Positions 56,117-64,000 of a stretch of DNA of 64,000 nt are shown in pieces. The DNA is taken from the NCBI GenBank assembly GCA_023213395.1, contig CM041465.1, positions 223,393,741-223,457,740 of the forward strand, in the 5' to 3' direction. Origin of the DNA: Cycas panzhihuaensis (Eukaryota > Plantae > Cycadophyta). The position numbers and the translations under genes were made by a program. The first letter of the stretch is position 1. Every line of letters starts with the position of its first letter. Under the pieces are notes generated by a model. That model saw only the letters and a list, made by a program, of their open reading frames with translations, had not been told where the DNA came from and did no database searches.

Positions 56117-59100
56117 TTCTTCATTGATTTTGTAAGAGAGATGTTCTCTCATTTATACAAGTAGTATTACATAACTGACATATACAAAGATGACAAGTGT
56201 TCATCATGAATGACAAGTGTCAAACTAAAACAAAGAGGGTATGATAATACATAACCCTTTTAGTTTTATAAAGTACAATCTTTAAGATAAAACATTAACA
56301 TCCTAACACTCTCTCTTAATGTTTTATCCCTTCCTTTTCATTCCAAGTAAGTCTCTAAAATATTGAAACTTATCCTTTAGTAATGGTTTTATAAAAATAT
56401 TTACGATCTATTGGCTATTGCTATAATATTATAACTCTATTTCTTTATTCTAGATCTTTTCTTTGATAAAGTGATGATGAACCTCTATATGCTTGGTACT
56501 TGTATAGAAGACTAGATTCTCAGTGAATTTAATTACACTTTGATTGTCACAATACATTGTTATTGCCTTCTCATAACTTTGATTTAAATATTTCAACAAT
56601 TACCTTAACCAAACTACTTTACATATTATACTTATAATAGCCTTGAATTATGCTTTTGTAGAGGACATAGCTACTGTAGGCTATTTCTTACTACTGTAAG
56701 ATGTTGTTGCAGTCTAAAACTAAAGTAATATCTAGATGTAGATTTTTTTTCCAGATATTTTCTGGTCTGAATCAATGTATCTAATTAGATATACTTTATC
56801 TATCTTTATATAGAGTAGCACAAAATCAAGAGTACCTTTGATATACCTTAAGATTCTTTTTGCAACATTCTAATGAGCAACCTGTAGGTTGTGCATAAAT
56901 TTAGAAATGAATCTAATAGAAAAAGAAATATTAGCTTTGGTTGCTATTATATAAATCAAACTCCCAAGAAGTTATCTGAAGGGAGTTTCATTTACTTTCT
57001 ATTGTCCATTCTTTTTAGGAGTGAGAACACAACCCATTTCCATTGGTATGGCACATGGATTGCATGCTTCCATGTTGAATCTTTTTAGCAAATTTTTGGC
57101 ATACTTGGATTGTGAGATAAAAATTTCATATTTTCCTTAATTAATTTCTATCCTAATATAGTAGTAGAGTGTGCCCAGGTTTAGTATTTCAAACTTCCTT
57201 TCTATTTGTTCTTGCATCTAACTCATAATTTGATCATCATTTCCTATGATAATCAAGTTATCAATATAGACTACCATTATGATGATCAAATCTCTTTGCC
57301 TTTTTATATAAAGACTTGGATCTGCTTCACATCTATGAAATCCTACTTATTGTAGATGAACATTTAATTTGGTATACTAGGCTTTGGGTGCCTATTTTAG
57401 ACCATATAGGGCCTCTTTAAATTTGTAAACTAGATGCTTTTCTCTTTCCTTTATATATCTAAGCAGTTGTTCCTTATAAACTTCTTCATTGAATTCTCCA
57501 TTCAGAAATGTACTTTTTACATCTATTTGTATAATTTTCTAATTGTGTCGAGTTGCTAAGGCTATAATAGTGCAAATGGTTATGAGTTTTTCTACTAGAA
57601 CAAAGGTCTCCTCATAGTCAATACCTATTGTTTGAGTATATCCTTTAGCTACAAGACGAGATTTATGTTTTTCTATGCTTTCATTAGATCTTTATTTCAT
57701 TTTATATATCCATTTGTAGTGTACCATGAGTTTATTATTAGGAGGTAAAACTAGATCCCAAGTGTCATTTTATTTTGTGGACTTTATTTCCTTGTCCATA
57801 GCTTCTATCCATTCTATTCATTCATATGCTTCTTCAAAATTCTGAGGTTCAATTCTATAGATCAAAGCTTGATGTCTTTGAGATCTTATTCTATGTTTGA
57901 ATACATTTCCTTTCAATTCCTTAATTATTTTTAGGTACCCTTTAGGTAACTTTCTTCTTAGAGTGTTTTCTTGCCCTTCTTCTTTAGATTCTTCTTGAGA
58001 ATTTGACTCTTTTATTTCTTCTTGAGAAATTAGATCTTTTCTTTCTTTTGATCCTTCCTCAACAAGGCTTATAATACATTGTACATTTTCTTCTACTATT
58101 ATATTCTCTTGTGAAGATTCAATATCTTTATTTATCAAGACACCTTCATCAATGGTCATATCTCTGCTTATATACAACTTTTTTGTCTTGATATCAATGC
58201 ATCGATATGCTTTTGATTTTATACTTTATCCAACTAAAATGCATTTGATGCTTTTATCATCCAATTTGGTTCTTTTCTGAATTGGAATATCTACATATGA
58301 AGTGCAACCAAAGGTTCTCACATGACTTACATTTGGCTTTGTACCTATCCAAGCTTCTTCTAGATTGACTTTATCAAGCGCCTTTGTAGGGCATCTATTT
58401 GATAAATAGACAACAATATTGATGGCTTTAGCCCAATATATGTTCAATACACTTTTGTCCTTCAACATGCATTGAGCTATCTTGGTCAACATTTTGTTTA
58501 ATCTTTTCACTACTGAATTTGACTAAGGTGTATGAGTCATTATTTACCTCTAAATGTCATGAGTCTTGCCAAAATTTGAAAAATCATTTGAAACATATTC
58601 TCCACCTTTATCAATTCTTAACATTTTTATTTTGTGCCGACTTTTGAGTTCTACTTGGGCTTTAAATTCCTTAAAAATTAAAGGCTTCAAATTTGATAAA
58701 GATAAAATAAACCCATGATTTTTTGGTAAAATCATCTATAAAGGTGAGGAAATACCTAGCATAATTTATAGAGTTGGGTGTAATAGGTCTACATACATCA
58801 CTATAAATTAGTTCTAGTTTCTCATTTGATTTCCAAGTGCTTTCCTGAAATGGCATTCTACGATGTTTTCCTAACATGCAACCTTTACAAACATAAGCAT
58901 TCATTGCAAGATTATTAGGAAATCTATCAACCATCTTGGAATATTTTAGCAATTTTTACCTATCATTAGAAATATGCACATAGCGAGAATGCTAAATTTC
59001 ATTATTATTATCTTGAATAGTAAAGGCTTTTACAAAAGAGATGATAAGAGTTGAAACCAACTTATAGAGATCATTGGTTTTGATTCCTATAACAATAACT

Positions 59101-62100
59101 TAACCACCCTTTTTCATATTAAGAATATAGCATTTACCATTCTTATGAAAGTTCACATGAAGCTTTTCATTCCTCAACTAAGATACTTAGAGAAGATTCT
59201 TCCTCATTCTAGGTACAAACAACACATTCTTAATTTTTTAAATTTCATTATCAATTTGAACTACTATAGTTCCTTTTCCTTTGATTTCTAAAGGATGATT
59301 ATTGCATAGTTCCATGATTTTATTAGCCATGTATGGCTATAGAGATTCAAACCATTACTTTTTATCTATCATATGGTTAGAGCACATAAGTTTATGAATC
59401 GATTCTCATTATGCTGGACTAATGAAACTAGAGTAGCCAGGAAAGTAGTTTCTTCTTTATCATCATCCCTTGAGCTGTTCTTTATTGTAGTTTCCTTCAA
59501 CTCATTTACCTTTGGAAATATTAGACCTCTTTTAGAAATAATTACTAAAGAGATGTTTATACCTTTCATAATAATAGCATGGACAACTATTTATAGATCT
59601 ATAGTCTATTGTAATATGACCTGTTCTACCATATTGATAGCATACCTGAGTATCAAGTGATATTTCTCTTCCTCTAAAGGGTCTTCCTCTATTGCTTCTA
59701 GCCTTAAATGCTCTTCCTCTACTACTTCATCCCCCACTTTCGCTAATTCTAAGCCTTGAGATAAAGGCTTCTTTAACATTCGCTCCCTCTTCATATTTGT
59801 GAGTCCTTTGTTCTTGTTGAAGCAAATGATCACACAAGGTATTGAAGAATATATTTTGAGCTTACCCCCCTAAAATAAGAGTGTTTAACAAATTATCAAA
59901 GGATTTTAGCAATTTGTTTAGTATTAAATGAACAATTTCAGTATTTGTCATGCTTTCTTTGGTTGAAGCTAAGTTATCTCTAATTTCTACCATCTTGGTA
60001 ATAAAATCAGTCACTTGTTCTCCCTCCTATAGATATAATTGGTAAATCTATTCTCTTAAGGAAATAACATGAGCTTTATTCTTTTGGCTAAATAAGGAAG
60101 TTAGGGTTTTTCATACTTCGATAAAAGTGGAGGCTCCACTAATGTGAGTCAGAATTTTTTTTTTTGATAAGATAAAATAAATTTTTAGTGGGTTTGAAAT
60201 AGGATCCCATAACCTATTACATCAGGAAATTTTGTGCAACCAAGTATTATATGACCGTGATAGCCCCACGGTCTAGGCCAAAGAGCTAAATGTTGGGACA
60301 AGCCCCATGGCTAGCTGTTACAGATCATATCCTTCTCTACCAGAACCATGAGGTCCCTAGGGAAATCACTCTTCCACACTTGACCTTTCCTGCGCCTCGC
60401 TCCCCAGTTTGCCAAAAAATCAGCTAGTTTGTTTCCTTCTCTCAAGGTATGCCTTATACGTACTTCTGCCAGACCCTTAATGAGCTCTTTGGCATCATTA
60501 AAAAGGGACTGGAATCTCCAGTTTGGGAGGGCCTCACCTTTCAGTGTATTTAACACAACCTCTGAATCCCCTCTATTACCAAATGCTAAATATTTCCTTC
60601 AACAGCTTAATCCAAGGCTTTAAGCATATCATGCATTTCCACATAATGGTTTGTCTGGCATTCATAATAATCCGTAAAAGCCCAACTTGCGGAACCATTG
60701 CAGTCCCTGCAAATACCCCCTCCTCTAGCTTCCCCGGGGTTCCCTTTAGCTGCCCCATCAAAGTTAACTTTGACCTAGGGCTCCTCAGGTGGCTGCTAGC
60801 TGCTACATCTGGGCTTTGCAACCTCAAATATAGGCTCTATACCCCAATTACTCAGAATCCTACTCTCTGGTAGGGATATGCGCTTTTCATTGACATTTCT
60901 AACATTTTCTCTAATGTCCGTACATATTCTGTTAAAAATGGCAATTTGATCCATCTGTTTCACCTAGAAAATTCTACGGTTCCTCTCTTTCCATATGTTC
61001 CAAGCCAATATCAGGAGCACACTCTTCCAAATATAGCTCAATGTTCTTCTTCTGAAAGGGCTTAGCCAGGCAAGCCATAAATCAATGGTCTTTTCTGACA
61101 ATGTCCAGTAAACCTCTAGCTTTCCAAGCAGCATCCTCCATACCTCACTTGTGTAAGAACACTTGAGGAAGATATGGTCCATGGATTCCTCCTCTAAGCG
61201 ACATAAAATACATCTGTTTTCCAGCATAAAACCTCTCCTTTTAAGATTATCAACAGTTAGAATTTTATTCATGAGACAGGTCCACTAGAATATAACAATC
61301 TTGGGAATGATAGGGAGCCTCCAGACGCCGTCAAGGATTGGATTACTCTGATCCCCTCTAGTTAAACATAGGTAATGGTATCCTTGTTTAACAGTGTAGT
61401 CCCCGGATGAGCTCAGGGGCCACACAATCAGATCCCAAGAAAGGCATTCTAGGGATGTAATTCTTACCTAGAATCCTTTTAATCTTGTTAAGGCCCTCTT
61501 GCAATCTTTCTCCTTGTATTTCCTCAAGAGACCTCCAGCTCTTATTTTTACTGCTCCTAGACCAATAATCCTTTACATGTATGCCATAGTGCCTGACACA
61601 AGGATCCATAATAGGTTCTAGGTCTGGGTATTCCTTAAGCGCTTTATCACAGCACCATACATCCTCTAAGAACCTAATAGAGTTGCCATCTCTTAGTCTC
61701 CATTTCAAGCCATTCCTTATGGCTTTCCATGTTTTAAGAATGCTCCTCCAAATAGTTGAGCCAACCTGCGAAGCATCATTATCTGTAAGAGAACCCCCTT
61801 GGATGTATTTACTTGTTAGAATCTTCTCCCATAGTCTCTCACCACCTTTGAATAGTCACCAACCCAACTTTGCCCCTAGAGCAACGTTGAAGGGAGAAAG
61901 CCTTCTCAAGTTAAGGACGCCGGCCCATTTCAGAGTACAAACTTTATTCCAACTTACCAAATGTATCCTATCTTTCCTTTCAGCCCCAGACCATAGGAAC
62001 TCTAAAGATGGACATCCAAAAAATAGGGATGCTCTACAGCGTGGAAGCAACAAGCTGGAGTTTTCCAGCTAGACTTAAGAGGGCACCTTTCCAGCCCGCC

Positions 62101-63256
62101 AGCTTCCTTTGCATCCTGTCAATGAGGGGGTAATGTGAGTCAGAATTGAATCATTAATGGACAAGGTGATTATGGATAGGTCTTGCATGTCCCTCTCTTT
62201 CCAACTTATCTTTGTTATTCCATTAATAGTTGGTTTAGCTTCCTTTTTAGTAACTAATTCCCAAGTATTTTTTGCAATTAGCAAACCCTCCATTTTAATT
62301 TTCTAGGCTATGTAATTTGTGCTTGTCAATTTATCTAACTCACTTAGGGTATAGATTGAAGCTATTTTAAAGAGCTTAAAGCTAAGTATTAAAGTTAGAG
62401 CTTAAAATAAGTTTGTTATATTCCTACCCTATATGGTCATATGGATGTATGGTCAAATATATAGGTGTATGAATTTGGATGAAACTCTTCAAAATCAAAG
62501 GTATTTAGGTTGTACATAGGGTTTTGAACTTCGATTTTTTATTTGACTTTTAGATAAGCAAAAAAGACCAGTCACACATAGAGGGATGGCTAGGGTTTCA
62601 AATCCTTTTTTACTTATTTCTCATAAAATTTTCAATCAAATTTAACAAACTTGTACTTGAAAGAAAGCTTATGACTAAAGGATCATTTTGAGTCCACTTA
62701 CTTGCCTTAAAACTAAGAAACCTGGCATAAATTAGCTCTATAGTCCTCAAACCTACACTTCTATTTTTTTCTCTTTTCTTGACTAACAAAGCTAAATCTG
62801 AATAACTTGCTTTGGAATAGCAGAATATACCCATAGAGGTGTAGTTATTGGTAAAATTTTGCTATATTATAAGCACTCAATTTTTTTTTCTAGGTTCGTA
62901 TGATTTCATATAGTGTCGTATGGTCTTGTCTGGCAATTAGAATATTTTTCCTTCTTCAAGTTCTTACTCCTTGCTTCCTCTTCTCATGATTTGCTCCTTA
63001 TCTCCTCTTATTTCTCTACTTGATGTCTTGTTCCTTCTTAGTCTATTAGACCTGCTTTGATACCTTCTTCATTGATTTTGTGAGAGAAATGTTCTCTCAT
63101 TTATACAAGTAGTATTACATAACTACTTTGTACAAAGATGATAAGTATCCATCATGAGTGACAAGTGTCAGACTAATACAAAGAGGGTACAATGATACAT
63201 AACCCTTTTAGTTTCATAAAGTATAATCTTTAGGATAAAACATTAACATCCTAATA
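56117..63256 (-). mobile_element. Decayed Ty1/copia retrotransposon interrupted by a LINE
   Basis: Shared 192-bp LTR segments 56117-56308 and 63065-63256. PBS rc GCTTTGATACC 63054-63064. PPT rc CTCTCTCTT after 56308. INT (LELIYSDVCRP, IDKGGEY, KLDDKSIKCILVG), RT and RH motifs. gag split at 60156/62131. Confidence 0.92.
60155..62130 (-). mobile_element. 5'-truncated L1-type LINE (RT C-terminus, zf-RVT, RNase H)
   Basis: 11-nt poly(A) (T run 60155-60165). TSD TAATGTGAGTCAGAA(TT) at 60140-60156 and 62131-62147. FLWSG..HLVSWNKVC, ILTVDNLKRRG..RCILC..ESMDHIFLKC, KVNFDGAAKGNPG, EGDS, REGNKLADFLA. Confidence 0.96.
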
Positions 63257-64000
63257 GGCATATTTCCCGGCTATTGGGAATGGGTATAGACAGATAAACT
63301 TAGGTAAGTGCATGCATGCTTCTCTCTCCCATCTTGGCTACTTCATAGATCGTAGATTAAAGCATTGGTTAGATTGCATGATTGATTGGCTTATCGTTAT
63401 GATTAATTATGCATTTCTGCTCAAGCATCTCGCATGTCCCTAGCCTATGACGACCCACGGGACCTACCTCTCCGTGAGGCAGGCATCCCCATGGCACTCT
63501 ACAATCCTCCGTGTCACCTCCATGTCACCTTAAGCCTCACTCAACTCACGTGATCCACTCACACCCTGGTCACCTATTGCAACTCTTGACATCTCACTAG
63601 GAGTTGTTGATATTTTGTACCCTTTCATAGTATTTCTGGGAATCTCACCTCTTGATGTCTTACCCAGTCTAGCCAACATATCTACTTGGATTATTCGTAG
63701 TCACCTAGATAGGAGGGCCAGCCCCTCCTAGACCTAGAACATCTTCATTTAGGGCTCCCGGGACCCTGCCCATTGCTTTTATGGCATTCTAGTCTCGTAC
63801 TACTGTAAACATAGCAGTATCGTGAAGTTTACCGTGCTACTACGAAGTTTACTGCAGTGCGACTATTTTACACTATTTTTTTATCTGCCATGGTAATTCT
63901 CACATTTTTTGCAAAACTGCCACATGGATTAGTCACTAAATCATCCCCATCCTAACCCTAATCGCTCGATTAGGTTTAGGGTAGGTATAAATCCTAAAAA

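Noticed and set aside
61683-62072. 129-aa plus-strand ORF
   Set aside because: Antisense to LINE ORF2.

Overview
AT-rich, heavily decayed plant-type repetitive DNA with no intact host gene, RNA gene or CRISPR array. The window is a nest of LTR retrotransposons plus one LINE. Elements with both LTRs, PBS, PPT and a near-matching 5-bp TSD: a Ty3/gypsy chromovirus (14008-19648, -), a full-length Ty1/copia (30201-37842, +), an internally deleted copia (44987-47900, -) and a 4.3-kb non-autonomous LTR element (49095-53398, -). Another copia (about 56117-63256, -) has no visible TSD and is interrupted by a 5'-truncated RNase H-bearing L1 with a 15-17 bp TSD. Older Tat/Ogre-like and other gypsy remnants fill the gaps, including a decayed plant-mobile-domain (PMD) ORF. 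The standout is the non-autonomous element: in place of gag-pol it carries an intron-less, sense-oriented copy of a host tandem-BRCT gene (At4g02110-like), followed by a possible chromodomain/integrase-tail relic. Bases 1-251 duplicate part of the dead copia 36.9 kb downstream and share its stop codons. All alignments and mismatch counts were done by eye.
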